Source: Camelus dromedarius (taxonomy: Eukaryota). Taken from it: a stretch of 64,000 nucleotides of DNA. Below are positions 1 through 12,190 of this stretch, piece by piece. Location of the stretch: assembly GCF_036321535.1 (NCBI RefSeq), contig NC_087441.1:27466001-27530000 (forward strand). The letters run 5' to 3'. How positions within the stretch are numbered: the stretch's first letter is position 1; each line of letters begins with the position of its first letter. The translations under genes and the position numbers were made by a program. The notes under the pieces were generated by a model. That model searched no databases. It was not told the DNA's origin and saw only the letters and a list, made by a program, of their open reading frames with translations.

Positions 1-40
1 TGTTAAGCGTGTGCTCTACCACTTGAGCTGCACTCTCCCC
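1..40 (-). mobile_element. tRNA-derived SINE (camelid type), 5' part, runs off the window
   Basis: Reverse complement GGGGAGAGTGCAGCTCAAGTGGTAGAGCACACGCTTAACA is the head of the same family as 61191 and 62967. Confidence 0.75.
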
Positions 41-72
41 TCCGTAATTTAAAATTAAAAAAAATTTTTTCT

Positions 73-335
73 AGTAGCCAAACCAAAAAAGTAGAAAGAG
101 AAATTAATTTATTAATATATTTTATTTAACTGGATATATCCAAAAATTGATCATCTCAATGTGTAATCAATATAAAAAATTAATGAGATCTCTTACATTC
201 TTCTGTTTGTGTTTATTAAGTCTTGGAAATTTGATGTGTATTTTCTACTCATAGCATATCTGAATTCAGACTTGCCACAATTCAAGTGCTCTATAAGCAC
301 ATATTGCTATGGGCTATCAGATTGTATGGTGCAGA
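73..335. mobile_element. MER3-like hAT DNA transposon relic
   Basis: Resembles the MER3 consensus (TATTTTATTTAAC...ATATATCCAAAA...GCCACA.TTCAAGTGCTC). Confidence 0.65.
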
Positions 336-1379
336 CAGAGAGCCTAAAATAGCATCTTGGTTGATGGATGGATTGATTGAGACTCTTCTATCCAAATGCT
401 CCGCCTTAGGCTGGTCTGTCAACTATCCTTCCTGGATGCTTAATTGTGCTTGGCATGCTGCTAACTTTATACATTTGATGAAATATTTATTCTGCCTAGA
501 AATTCCCTTTCTACATTTTTTTCCTGTTTAAACTAGTGCTCTATTGCTCAGCTTATATTCTGAGTTCTCCATGGAGCCTTCTCAGATTCCTCAGCCCACA
601 GAAAAGTTGCAAAAATAGTACAGATAGTTTCCACATACCCAGCACCCCGTTTCTCTTATTATTAATATATTAGCATGGTACATTTGTTAACAATTGACAA
701 AGCAATGCTGATATATTATTATTAATGTATCAATAAAAGTCCACACATTAATCAGTTTTCCCTTTCCTCAGTTTTCCCTTTATGTCCTTTTTCAGTTCCA
801 GCGTCTCATTTAGGACATCACTTTACCTCTGGCTGTCATGTCTCCTTATTCTCCTCTAAACTGATATTTTCTCTTACTTTGCTTATTTTTGATGACCTTG
901 ACAGTTTTGAGGAGTAGAAAAGGAAAGAAAACTAGAGAGTGCTTTCAAAAGAGACTCTCCTTGAATGGACAAGTAGTGTTCAATGTGTGTGAAGACAGTA
1001 GCATAGCACTTAGGGCAATCCTTACCAACTATTACACAGTTTCCAGTGGTAATAAGAGTAGAAAGAAGAGCAACCAAATAATCATCCTATCACCTGGGCA
1101 GAACAATGGCTTCGTCTTCCTCTACTGGGGAAGGAAATAATCACATGGATGGGAGCACTTTGTTTACAATAACAGCCTGCTCAAGATGACGTCTACAGTT
1201 TCAAATGTCCCCCACACTCACTAAGATGTCTCCCGATTTTTGAAATTTTTATTGAAGCACTGCTGATTTACACTGTTGTGCTGATTACAACAGCTAGTCA
1301 GGTATAGAGAAAAAAGTACTTGATAGATCAATAGCTACTTACCAGATTCCAGGGAAAATGTGAATTTGCTCAAGCAAGC

Positions 1380-2340
1380 AAAACTATGTCTGGAATAGCA
1401 GCTGCAATTGGAATTATGGTCTTACTAAGTTTATGATATTCCACTGTCATTCTCTAAGATACATCTGTCTTCTGCACACTCGAATTGGCTAGTTGAATGC
1501 AACTATGGTAAGAACCAACACCTCTGAATTTTTTCCTTCTTGAAAGTGACACTATTAGATGAAATTCCTCCATAAATGCAATATGAATTTTGGGTTACTA
1601 TTTTTGAGGGTAGAGGCAGTTTAAGTGGCTTCTACTTGGCCCTTCCTATAGCCCTCGTTCCACTGGCCAGGGAACCAATGTGGCCATCTGTCAGTTGCAG
1701 AGTATGTATATTTCAAGCATGCATTCCAGAACTGGGGAAATAACCGCAGAGTGGTTTGGGAGACACACTAGGCTCATTGTGAAAATGATCTAAGACATAA
1801 CTCCACTGATTACCTGACCTCCATAACCTACCCTAATTGGTGGACCATTTGACCAGTGTATCACAGTGACATTTTGGGTATTTCAGAATTAATGACAGTT
1901 TAGAGCAAGCATCCAATTATCCCCTAAAATAAGAATATTTCCCTTACCCCAGTGCATAGATCCTCTATTAGGAGACTGCATGCCACTTTGGGAAAGATTA
2001 GAAGGAAGATTAACAATATAAATTCTTAGCAGTAAAACAGGGTTCTTCCTCAAGGGCACTGTCTATTTTTACTCAAGCTGCTCTAGGTCTGTGAATTGGG
2101 TAATTCTGGGAATTGATTGAGTAGCAAAGACACTATGTTGGGAATTCAAATCAGTCTTCCGTTCATGAGAACTAGAGTTTTTCTGCATATAGAGATTGAG
2201 TAAGGCTTTAGTAAGCTGGCTATTTCAGCTCTAGGGAGACTATGATCAACTAGTCAATGTCATAGGTTTCTGCAAGTCATGTACCCTGACTGCTGCTTTG
2301 ACTCTGCTGTCCATTTTGATAAATATATCCACCTGGTTTT
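1380..2340 (-). mobile_element. Old ERVL/MaLR internal fragment
   Basis: Reverse complement aligns loosely to 31990-32280 (TGATCATAGTCTCCCTAG...CAATTCACAGACC...CCCTTGAGGAAG). Confidence 0.55.
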
Positions 2341-2359
2341 TGGAGATGAAAGAACAAGA

Positions 2360-2552
2360 CAGTTGACTCTTGAACAATAAGGGTTTGAACTATGTGGGTC
2401 CACTTATAGGTGAATGTTTTTCAACAGTAAATACTGCAGTGCTACATGGTCCTTGGTTAACTTAATTTGCAGATGCTGAGGAGCCATGGATACAGAGGAC
2501 TGACTATAAATTATACCTGGATTAACTCCTGTGTTGTTCAAGGATCTACTGT
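2360..2552. mobile_element. Tigger-family (TcMar) MITE
   Basis: Terminal inverted repeats CAGTTGACTCTTGAACAA ... TTGTTCAAGGATCTACTG. Confidence 0.75.
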
Positions 2553-3439
2553 GCTATTATTTGGCCCCTGCCAGGTTGAGATCCCACTATCCTCATTGCA
2601 TTTAGGGATCCTAATTGTATGGTAGCAGTTCACACTATAGTTTTTAACCTACAGACGGTGGCTACCTAGAAGTTTTCAAGGATGCTGGGATCCCCACCGT
2701 TTTAGAGGACTGGATATTATGCGGGGAGGGTTGGGATCATGTGCACACTAGGAAGTTTCAGGACAAGGCATGGTGCTGTCATCCCATCTTAGGCTGGTGG
2801 ACACACAGCACATTCCATGCTCTGAGCAGGTCCAAGCCTCTCCCTCACCCCCAATTCAAGTCCCAAGTGGCTGCAGTCCAAGAGGGGTTGCCTGTCACCT
2901 TTGGTTGCCTGGCTCAGCTTCCTTGGCCCTACCTGGGGTGGAGTATTGTGCCAGCTGTTGGTGAGGGAGGAAGACTGGCAGTGGGTGGGCCACGTGGATA
3001 CTAAGGTAGCAGGGCAGGGTCTGAAGGCATCCTTGAGGGTCTGCACTAGCCCTCCTAATACCTGCATGCTCAAGGAAGTAAGATATCCCACAGCAAAAAT
3101 CAAAAATCATGGCAGGTCAGAAGACACTGCAAGAGGAAGGAAATATCTGCATATTTTAGTACCTTCAGGGTGCCTCTTTCTATAAATTTGGACAAAAATT
3201 CCCATATTTTTATTTTTCACTGGGTCCTACATACTATGTAGCAAGTCTTGTAAATAGAGAATAGGCACTATTACTGTCCAATTCTGGGTGAGGCTATTTC
3301 AGGACAGAACTTAAAGAAATCTCTTAGTTGTGACAATCGTGTTTTTGTAGAGTAACAGAGCACAGAGAGAGATGTTTTGTAGAAGAAGTTTTTAATTATA
3401 GTTCTCAAAAGTAAGTTTCCTTTCATGGTTCACACCTCA

Positions 3440-3452
3440 CACTATAGGGATT
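3440..3452 (+). promoter_or_regulatory. Shared TAAR upstream motif CACTATAGGGATT
   Basis: About 490 bp upstream of the TAAR8 ATG. Counterparts at similar distance before all six TAAR genes. Confidence 0.55.
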
Positions 3453-3941
3453 GCTAGTGAGAAATTATAAAGGGCTAAGTTTATTGGCTGGCTTCCTAAA
3501 GCACCCTAGGTGTTAACTTCTCAAAGTGAAGGTGAAAGTCTATTAAGATTCAAATATGCAATTATTATATGCAATTAACTTTTGCAAGGAAGAATCTCAC
3601 AGGTGTAAAGGACCAGGTATTTAAATTAAATTATTTCAGTTATTCAGATAATGTGTTTTCTGGAGCTGATGAAAATTCATAGTAGATTTGCTTAGAGTTA
3701 AGTATCTATGAGATTTAGACATAGTTACAGTAATCATTATATGAACACAGAAAGAAAAAATTCTGAGTTTTTAAAATTCTTTTAATTGCACTTCATAGTA
3801 AAAAGGGAAATGGATGTAATATGAGGCAGTTTCTAAAAGCAGCACTCAAATACGCAGTTATATTTTATTTTTTTTAATTTTCAGAATTGAAAACCTTCTT
3901 TCTGAAGGGCAGAAACACAGCAAGCATCACTCTGCAGAACC

Positions 3942-4973
3942 ATGACCAGCAATCTTTCCCAACCTGCAGCTGTGCAGCTCTGCTATGAGAATGTGAATGG
4001 GTCTTGTATTAAAACTCCCTACTCACCCGGCTCTCGGGTGATTCTGTACACACTGTTTGGCTTTGGGTCTTTAGTGGCTGTGTTCGGAAACCTCTTGGTG
4101 ATGACATCAGTTCTTCACTTCAAGCAGCTGCATTCTCCAACCAATTTTCTCATCGCCTCTCTGGCCTGTGCTGACTTTCTGGTGGGAGTGACTGTGATGC
4201 CTTTCAGCCTGGTCAGGTCCGTAGAGAGCTGCTGGTATTTTGGAGCCAGATTCTGTGCCCTTCACAGTTGCTGTGATGTGGCATTTTGTTACTCTTCTGT
4301 CTTCCACTTGTGCTTCATCTCCATCGACAGGTACATTGCTGTGACGGACCCTCTGGTCTATCCCACCAAGTTCACGGTGTCTGTGTCAGGCATATGCATC
4401 GGCCTCTCCTGGGTCCTGCCCATTGCTTACAGCGGTGCTGTGTTCTACACAGGTGTCAGTGATGATGGGATGGAGGAATTAGTAAGTGCTCTCAGCTGTA
4501 TAGGTGGTTGTCAAATTGTTGTAAATCAGCAATGGGTTTTGATAGATTTTCTGTTATTCTTCATACCTACTCTTGTTATGATCATTCTTTACAGTAAGAT
4601 TTTTCTCATAGCTAAACAACAAGCTGTAAAAATTGAAAATACTGGTAGCAAAGCAGAATCATCCTCAGAAAGTTACAAAGCCAGAGTGGCCAGGAGAGAG
4701 AGAAAAGCAGCCAAAATCCTGGGGGTCACCGTGGTAGCATTTATGATTGCATGGTTACCATACACCATGGATACATTAATTGATGCTTATATGGGCTTCA
4801 CAACCCCTGCCTATATTTATGAGATTTGCTGTTGGGGTGCTTATTATAACTCAGCCATGAACCCTTTGATTTATGCTTTATTTTATCCATGGTTTAGGAA
4901 AGCCATAAAAGTTATTTTAAGGGGGGGACTTTTTAAGGATACTTCATCAACCATTAGTTTATTTTCAGAATGA
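3942..4973 (+). CDS. TAAR8: Trace amine-associated receptor 8 (left-arm copy), 343 aa
   Basis: Intact intronless 7TM ORF. N-terminus [46 protein letters not shown] (D112, 3.32), [13 protein letters not shown] and NSAMNPLIY match TAAR8 as I recall it. Confidence 0.93.
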   Translation: MTSNLSQPAAVQLCYENVNGSCIKTPYSPGSRVILYTLFGFGSLVAVFGNLLVMTSVLHFKQLHSPTNFLIASLACADFLVGVTVMPFSLVRSVESCWYFGARFCALHSCCDVAFCYSSVFHLCFISIDRYIAVTDPLVYPTKFTVSVSGICIGLSWVLPIAYSGAVFYTGVSDDGMEELVSALSCIGGCQIVVNQQWVLIDFLLFFIPTLVMIILYSKIFLIAKQQAVKIENTGSKAESSSESYKARVARRERKAAKILGVTVVAFMIAWLPYTMDTLIDAYMGFTTPAYIYEICCWGAYYNSAMNPLIYALFYPWFRKAIKVILRGGLFKDTSSTISLFSE

Positions 4974-5375
4974 ATATAAGCACTAAGTTGAGAAATGTAA
5001 GGATATTTTCAAAATTATGAATTTATGATGAAATTAGATAAAAGAAATGAATAATACCTTTCAAGATTGGGGAAATTTATTATGCTTTCAAATTAGCTAG
5101 GAACAAAGTCACAGGGAGGCACTTTCATTTATAAGATATTGTAAAAATATTTACATCGTAAAGATGTCCATTGCACTAAGTAATAAATGACAAAGTGCAT
5201 CACCTATGTCACCTGTCTCAAAGCTCTGTTCACGTCCTTACCACGTGCACTTGTTTCTTCCAATTTCATTGAATTTGACTCTCATTTTGGTTTTGTGATC
5301 TCTAATGATTTTCTCATTTATACTCAACTCTCGCGTATCCTTAAATGCTCCTTCTTTCCTGGTCTTTTGCAGCAT

Positions 5376-5760
5376 TGTGTTAGTTTACTCTGGCTACCAT
5401 AACAAAGTACCACAGACTGGGTGGCTTAAACAACAGAAATTATTTTTTCCTGATTTTAGAGGCTAAACTTCCAAAATCAAGGTGTCAGTAGGGCCGGTTT
5501 CTTCTGAGGACCCTCTCCTTGGCTTGCGGATGGCTGCCTTCTCCCTGTGTCCTCACGTGCTCTTTGCCAAGTGAGTCTGGGTCCCAATCTCCTCTCTTAT
5601 AAAAAACACCAGTCATATTTGATTAAGGCTCACCCTTAAAAACTCACTGTAACTTAGTACTTTTAAAAGACCTTGTCTCCATATACAATTGCGTTCTGCA
5701 GTGCTGGGGGGTAGGACTTCAACATACACATTTGCAGGGGACATAATTCAACCTGTAACA
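5376..5760 (-). mobile_element. MLT1-type MaLR solo LTR (left-arm copy)
   Basis: Classic MLT1 sequence. A near-identical partner lies at 41350-41734. Confidence 0.85.
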
Positions 5761-8700
5761 GCCGCAGCCCAGGCTTGCTGACGGTACCCAAGGGGCTGTT
5801 TATTTGCTGCTCTGCTGTGACTCTGTCTCCTCTGTACCTTCCTGGGGCTTCGGGGGCAGCAGGTAAGCCTGTCCTGCTTAATGGTTGGGCAGAATCCTGG
5901 AATGTTCCCTTGTAACATGAAGGGACCAGTAATTCTGCCTTGGGATCAGGTGTTAGCTACAGACATGACACAGAAGTAGAAACCTGTGGAAAAATGTTAC
6001 CACAAAAAGACTGCCATAACGATCATTAGCCAATGGAAAATCTGCAAGTGCAAGAACTATCAGTTGTCACTAGCAGCGGCCATTTCCACACCAAATGTTT
6101 TCTCTTGAAAACAATGTGTAATTCACTTCCCTGTTTTTTCTCAGCTTTTTTCTAACCTAAATATAGTGAGTACTTACTTCCCCAGGATGTTATGGGGTCA
6201 AAATTTTCATGCTTTTACTACAAAAAAAAAAAGTATATCAAAACAAGTATAAACAGTATATGCTGTAATTTTACATTTTGCTTTCTGGGACATTTTACAT
6301 TGTTGATTCAATAAAAGTTTTCTGGAATGCATGTCTGGAGTATTTTGTATAATGAAGCTAAATTGTAGTAAAGTAGTAGCATGTAAGCCTTTTTCTGTTT
6401 CTTTTTTCTTTTGGCTATTCTGTGGCATCATTCAGTTAAAATGATTGAAGTAATTTCTTCTCATTGGTTTTCATCAAGTCTTTTCATTGTTTTCAAACAA
6501 ATATTGACCATTAATTATACGCAACTACCTGTGCCATGGATGTGGCTAAGGATGAAAAACATGTTCTTTCCCTAGTATTTTCCTCAAGGAAAATAATTTT
6601 GTAGGTAATATGGACAACTCATTTTAAATTATGTTATTGAGGCCCAGGAAGATGTCACAAATGCTGAGTCCTGGGAGCTGAGGACTAGCTCCCATCAAAA
6701 GGCTGGTGCTTTAGTATTGGTCATTCCTGTAACATTGTCTTCTCACCTACCTGTTATTACAGGCCCTGAGGACTTAAAAATTGTTAAAGGAGATTATTTT
6801 TTGAGTAGAAAGGACTTCTGAGGCATGTTCAAGCATGTTTTGATATATGTAGGCAGATAGGAGTGTAGAAAACTTTTTTGAACTGTAGCATTAATTTCCA
6901 TAAATGGCAGATTGGGCTTGGGAAAACTGGAAGACAATGAGTAGATTACTAGCGTGATGACAATCAATAAATATAGTTTCATGCTATTACTTACTATACT
7001 CAATAAATCGGATTAGCTGTAGCAGATATAGAAAAGGACATCATGTTCCCTATTTTTAGAGTATAGAGGACAAACAGAAAGAATGAAGTGAAAGAGTTGG
7101 ATAACAGATTCACACCATAAATGCTCCACAGAATGACACTGTCACTAAAGTAAATGATAGATAATGGGTATGAGAGAAGTCCAAAAGAAAATGGAAGATT
7201 TAAAAAATTTATCTATGGGTAAGCAAAATATCATTTTGTTATGAATGATACCAAAATCTCCAATACAATTCTAAATATGAAATTTATTTTGAACATAGTG
7301 AGTATGTGAGATTCCACAAATAAAGAGAAAACAAGAGATTAGATGCTTTCACATGCTTCATGATAGTCTTTCCTAAATATGACTACCTTGGATATGCTGA
7401 TTGTGGCTTTCAAATTATACAAGCATGCAATGCCGTTGTTGGTACCACATTATAAGCTCCTTGGCCTTAGATGACCGAATTAGAGCTGGAAACATGATTC
7501 CAGGAAAATTCATCAAATAGGTAGGGCTGAATCTATCATATTATCACTCAGGGGATAAAGAACAAAGACATCAGGTCATATTAATACTGAGCACTGGAAT
7601 GAAGTTCCTAGATCTTGCCCAACTTCTATTCAAAGTTTTGATTGCTCACTGTTTCTGTCATTAATATAATAAAAACACATCTAAATGCTGAATTTCAGCA
7701 CACACCTAGAGGTGCAATTTTAGAAGCATTCTCTTTGTCCAGATAAAGACAAAATGGTCCAATAATATTACATTGTATACACATCATTTTATAAATACTA
7801 GTTAATACAGTTAGACAAGGTATATAAACAGATATGGAAATTCAAAAATGGAAAGTTAGAATATCATTATTTGCAGATGATATGACTAGAAACAAATTTG
7901 TCTAATCTGCTTTGATTCCATTGAGAATGAATCCAAGGCACCAATAACTCTTTCCTGGACATGGAAATAAAGACTACAGACACATATTTCCTATAATTGT
8001 TTAATCTATTTAAGATGTAAAAAGACTCAGTGACTTTGGGTTTTATTACCTATATCAGCTAAGAAAAATTTTCTATTATATTTGTTAAAAGTTCTATAGG
8101 ACATCTGCTTCCAGTCCCGCACGGTGGGCTTGGTGGACTAGATTCTGTAGACCAGTCCTCCTCCTAAGGAAAATTTGGAAAAATTATTTTTAAAAATCTT
8201 TAAAATATTATAGACATTTAAATGCAGCTAAGAATTATCCAAGATTCAGAGAAATAAGAAGATCCAGATAGGAGAATCTAACATTTAGAGCAATTGTTTT
8301 CAATATACATCAGCTAATTCCAGAAGAAATATCAGAGAAAAATAAAAAGCTAAGCAGAGCTCTTGACAATCTCAAAGGGTCAGATGGAAACTATTCGATT
8401 TTAAATCCTAACAAGAAAGTTGAGCCCAGGTCACACACCCACTATCAATCATTTTGGTTAAAGCCTTGAAAACTATCATACTTTAAACATTTTGGTAAAC
8501 TTTTACTTCAAATTTTCTTAACTCCTATAATGGAGATTAGGATGGGCCAGGATTGCTGGTTCTCCTAGTCCAATGCAGAACAAATGGAAATTTTCTCTGA
8601 GAGAAGATTATATCATTTCAGCCCTTAAATTATTACTACATCAATTTTTCATACAGAATGACTCAAGCTAAATTAAAAAAATTACCAACAGAAAAGGAAT

Positions 8701-9354
8701 TTTAGTGAAAGACGCTCTGGGATTTAGAGAATTGCATTTTTACTATAATCCTTGCTCCTACAGAATTAGGCTTGGCGTTCGGTTTTCAGAAACTCAGTTC
8801 TAGGCTCCAGAAGATAAAGGGTTCTCTCAAGGCATTCATTGAAGCCCTCAGGTCTCTTAGATGGACCTTCAACTTGGAGTTTAAAGCCTCTAATGTTCAC
8901 CATTTTTTCCTGCAAGTCCTCAAGAACAGTTAAAAGAAACTAACAAATTCATTATACCCCTCTTTTTCACTAAAATGTTGTATGGCAGCAAGGACTTGAT
9001 CACCCAGACCTTTTCTTCTGGGGGCACTTGATTACAGGAATCTGTAGGTAGTAAACTGAGGAAATATTTTTGCACTCTAGCCCAGGGCTCCTAGTTCTCT
9101 CTCTACCACTGGAAACAGGGTCATTGATAAGAATGTGTCCTAAATAGATGGTTCTAACAAAAGTGAAAAGGCAATCCCCAACAATTAATAACAATAAATA
9201 ATATGGCTCTCACATTCTGGATAAAACTTTGAAGAATATACACCATTTCTATCTCATGAAAAGGTCAGATGTCATCAGGAAATTAGTAGGGCATGAACTC
9301 ATTTTAGCATAAACATCATTGTTATTTAAAGTTTTTTCCCCTTTCCGTACCTTG

Positions 9355-9367
9355 CACTGTGGGGATT
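9355..9367 (+). promoter_or_regulatory. Shared TAAR upstream motif CACTGTGGGGATT
   Basis: About 467 bp upstream of the TAAR7 ATG. Confidence 0.55.
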
Positions 9368-9833
9368 TAGTCTGAAGGGCTTTGGGTATTGGAATCATTT
9401 AGCTCCTTTCCTGAGGGGACAGAGTGTTTGGGGTGTTATCCTTGCTCTGATAAATTAGGAAAGAATGTTCATAAAGTGTGGCATTTGAACATGCATCATG
9501 TAATAGCTCCTTGAACACCAACAGTTCTCTGATATGAAGAACTAGGTAATGCAAGCAGATTTTTTTTTTAATTTAGATAAATAGAAGTTTATGTAATGAT
9601 GAAAAGTAACTGCTTATTCATTTGGAAGTGAATTTTTTTTTTTTTTGAGGTGAGAATATGAGTCACCTTCTAAACATGAAAATAAGGATTTGTTCTTAGA
9701 AAAAGATAGAGACAGAATATACTAGCAGTTACTGACAAACTGTATTTATCTTGTTTTAAGAACATTTGAAAACTGGAACGACAACCTGGGCCACAGAGGG
9801 TGACAGTTATTCCGGGAGTCAAAACGGAGAACC

Positions 9834-10865
9834 ATGAGCAGCGACTGGCCGCCTCCCGCGGCTGCGCAGCTCTGCTATGAGCACCTGAACGGATCCTGTG
9901 TCAAAACCCCCTACTCACCCGGCCCCCGCCTGATCCTGTACGCTGCGTTCGGCTCTGGAGCTGCCCTGGCTGTGTTTGGAAACCTCTTGGTGATGATTTC
10001 AATTCTCCACTTCAAGCAGCTGCATTCTCCAGCCAATTTTTTGATCGCCTCCCTGGCCTGTGCGGACTTCTTGGTGGGGGTGGCTGTGATGCCCTTCAGC
10101 ACAGTGAGGTCCGTGGAGGGCTGCTGGTACTTTGGGCAGAGCTTCTGTCAGTTTCACTCCTGTTTTGACGGGTCGTTCTGTTATGCTTCCATCTACCACC
10201 TGTGCTTTATCTCTCTCGACAGGTACCTGGCGGTCACTGACCCCCTGCTCTATCCCACCAGGTTCACTGCCAATGTTTCTGGCCTGTGTATTGCCTTCTC
10301 CTGGCTTTTTTCCATTTTTTATTCTTTTTCCCTTTTTGGCACAGGTGCGAATGAAGCTGGGCTGGAGGATCTAGTAAGTGCTCTCACCTGTGTGGGTGGC
10401 TGTCAAATTGCAGTGAATCAAAGTTGGGTATTGGTCAATTTCCTATTATTTTTCCTTCCCATGCTTGTGATGATAATTGTGTACTCCAAGATCTTCCTCA
10501 TTGCCAAACAACAGGCAAGAAAAATTGAAAGTGTGAGCAATAAGACTGTGAGATCCTCAGACAGTTACAGAGACAGAGTGGCCAAGAGGGAGAGAAAAGC
10601 AGCAAAAACGCTGGGCATTGCAGTGGTAGCATTTCTGATTTCCTGGCTGCCATACTTTGTGGATTCAATAATTGATGCCTTCCTGGGCTTCATCACCCCC
10701 ACATACATTTATGAAATATTGGTTTGGATTGCTTATTTTAACTCAGCTATGAACCCCTTAATTTATGCTTTCTTTTATCCTTGGTTTCGAAAAGCCATTA
10801 AATTAATTGTCACTGGCAAAGCCTTGAGAGAGAATTCTTCAACAATACATTTACTTTCTGGCTAA
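9834..10865 (+). CDS. TAAR7: Trace amine-associated receptor 7-like (left-arm copy), 343 aa
   Basis: Intact 7TM ORF with TAAR7-type motifs [58 protein letters not shown] and LRENSS. Confidence 0.9.
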   Translation: MSSDWPPPAAAQLCYEHLNGSCVKTPYSPGPRLILYAAFGSGAALAVFGNLLVMISILHFKQLHSPANFLIASLACADFLVGVAVMPFSTVRSVEGCWYFGQSFCQFHSCFDGSFCYASIYHLCFISLDRYLAVTDPLLYPTRFTANVSGLCIAFSWLFSIFYSFSLFGTGANEAGLEDLVSALTCVGGCQIAVNQSWVLVNFLLFFLPMLVMIIVYSKIFLIAKQQARKIESVSNKTVRSSDSYRDRVAKRERKAAKTLGIAVVAFLISWLPYFVDSIIDAFLGFITPTYIYEILVWIAYFNSAMNPLIYAFFYPWFRKAIKLIVTGKALRENSSTIHLLSG

Positions 10866-11734
10866 GTTCATATTTTAGATTGAGGAATTGAAAATAGATT
10901 CACAGTGAAGCTACTATTGGGGAGAAAAAAATTGATCATAAAAGTGCAATATCTTCTAATGTAAAATAATTCAGTTATGCTTCAACTTTGACCTAAATCC
11001 TTAAATTCAGATCATAGTTCTTTGGTAAATATAACATAAAAACCTGATTGTAGTGGAAACAACACAGCCTTAGAACCAGAAATGTCACATTTTAACACCT
11101 GGGCTGTTTACTACTCTCTGAACTTCAGTGAATTTCTCTGGTTTGTAACTCCATCCCTTGTATTCTTGAGAAAATTTATGAGAATATATAAAGGATCTAG
11201 TATATATTTGTTATTCTAAATCTTCCTTTTCATTACTTTATAATAGATCAGTCCCTGACCACATCTTCTCTTTGTTCCTTTCTAATACTTTTCTATGAAA
11301 ATGTAAGTACGGCTGAGAGATACTTAGTGAGTGGGTTTCCTTGCTCAGGGAAGACAGGGGAGTGAGTCTGACTTGCTGATGTTCAGATTTGTGAGTCCAA
11401 AAATGTGATTTCAGAGTCAGGTAAAATCAATCCAGAGATAGAGCTATAGAGTATAACACTGATTCAATTATTTACTGTGGAGAAGATAATTGGCATCATA
11501 AATAACATTCATTTATTCAGTGAGTTTCCTCCTGGTGATTAAGTTGGCTGGTAAAATTCATTTGAGTTCAGAATTTTACCAATTAGCATATGTTTAGAGC
11601 AAAGGTTTTAGGATTGTCACTCATTATTGTACTTTATCCTAAATTAATATTTACTTACTTAACTTTTGCATTGTTCCAAAAATGGTTTATAATGGTTTTC
11701 AATGATACACATGAAAGTCCAAATTTAAATGTGC

Positions 11735-12190
11735 TGAAAGAATAGAAAACTGAAATGAAGATCACACATTTAAAATGTACAACTTGACAACTTTTGACAT
11801 TTGTATATATCTGTAAAATCATCACCAAAATCAAGACACTTGAACATACATATGTTACCCAAAGTTTCTTCATGTCTATTGTAGTGTCCTTCTTGCCCAC
11901 CCCTCCACATTCAGCCCCCTCCTCTCCCTAGGCAGCCACTGGTCAACTTGATGTCACTATATATTAATTTGTACTTCCTAGTATTTTCTGTAAATGCAAC
12001 CATACATTTTATACTTATTATTGTCTGAATAATTTTACTCTGCAAAATAATATTGAGAATAATCCATGTCAAAGCATGAATCAATATTCAGTTTCTCTTT
12101 TTTTGACTGAGTACTATTTCACTGTGTGGATTGACCATAATTTGTTTATTCTTTGGACTTGTTGATTGACATTGGGTTTGAACCATCCCT
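11735..12190 (-). mobile_element. Old L1M 3' UTR fragment at the left-arm/spacer boundary
   Basis: TTTAAAATGTACAACTTGAC...CCCTAGGCAGCCACTGGTCAAC...TTGACATTGGGTT pattern of L1MB/ME 3' ends. Confidence 0.7.

Larger units (their letters stand above)
2700..11720 (+). repeat. Left arm of inverted segmental duplication (TAAR8-TAAR7 cassette)
   Basis: Reverse-complement homology to about 27985-44460: 2700-6320 to 44460-40810, 6775-7995 to 35482-34270, and 8700-11720 to 31040-27985. Ends approximate. Confidence 0.9.
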
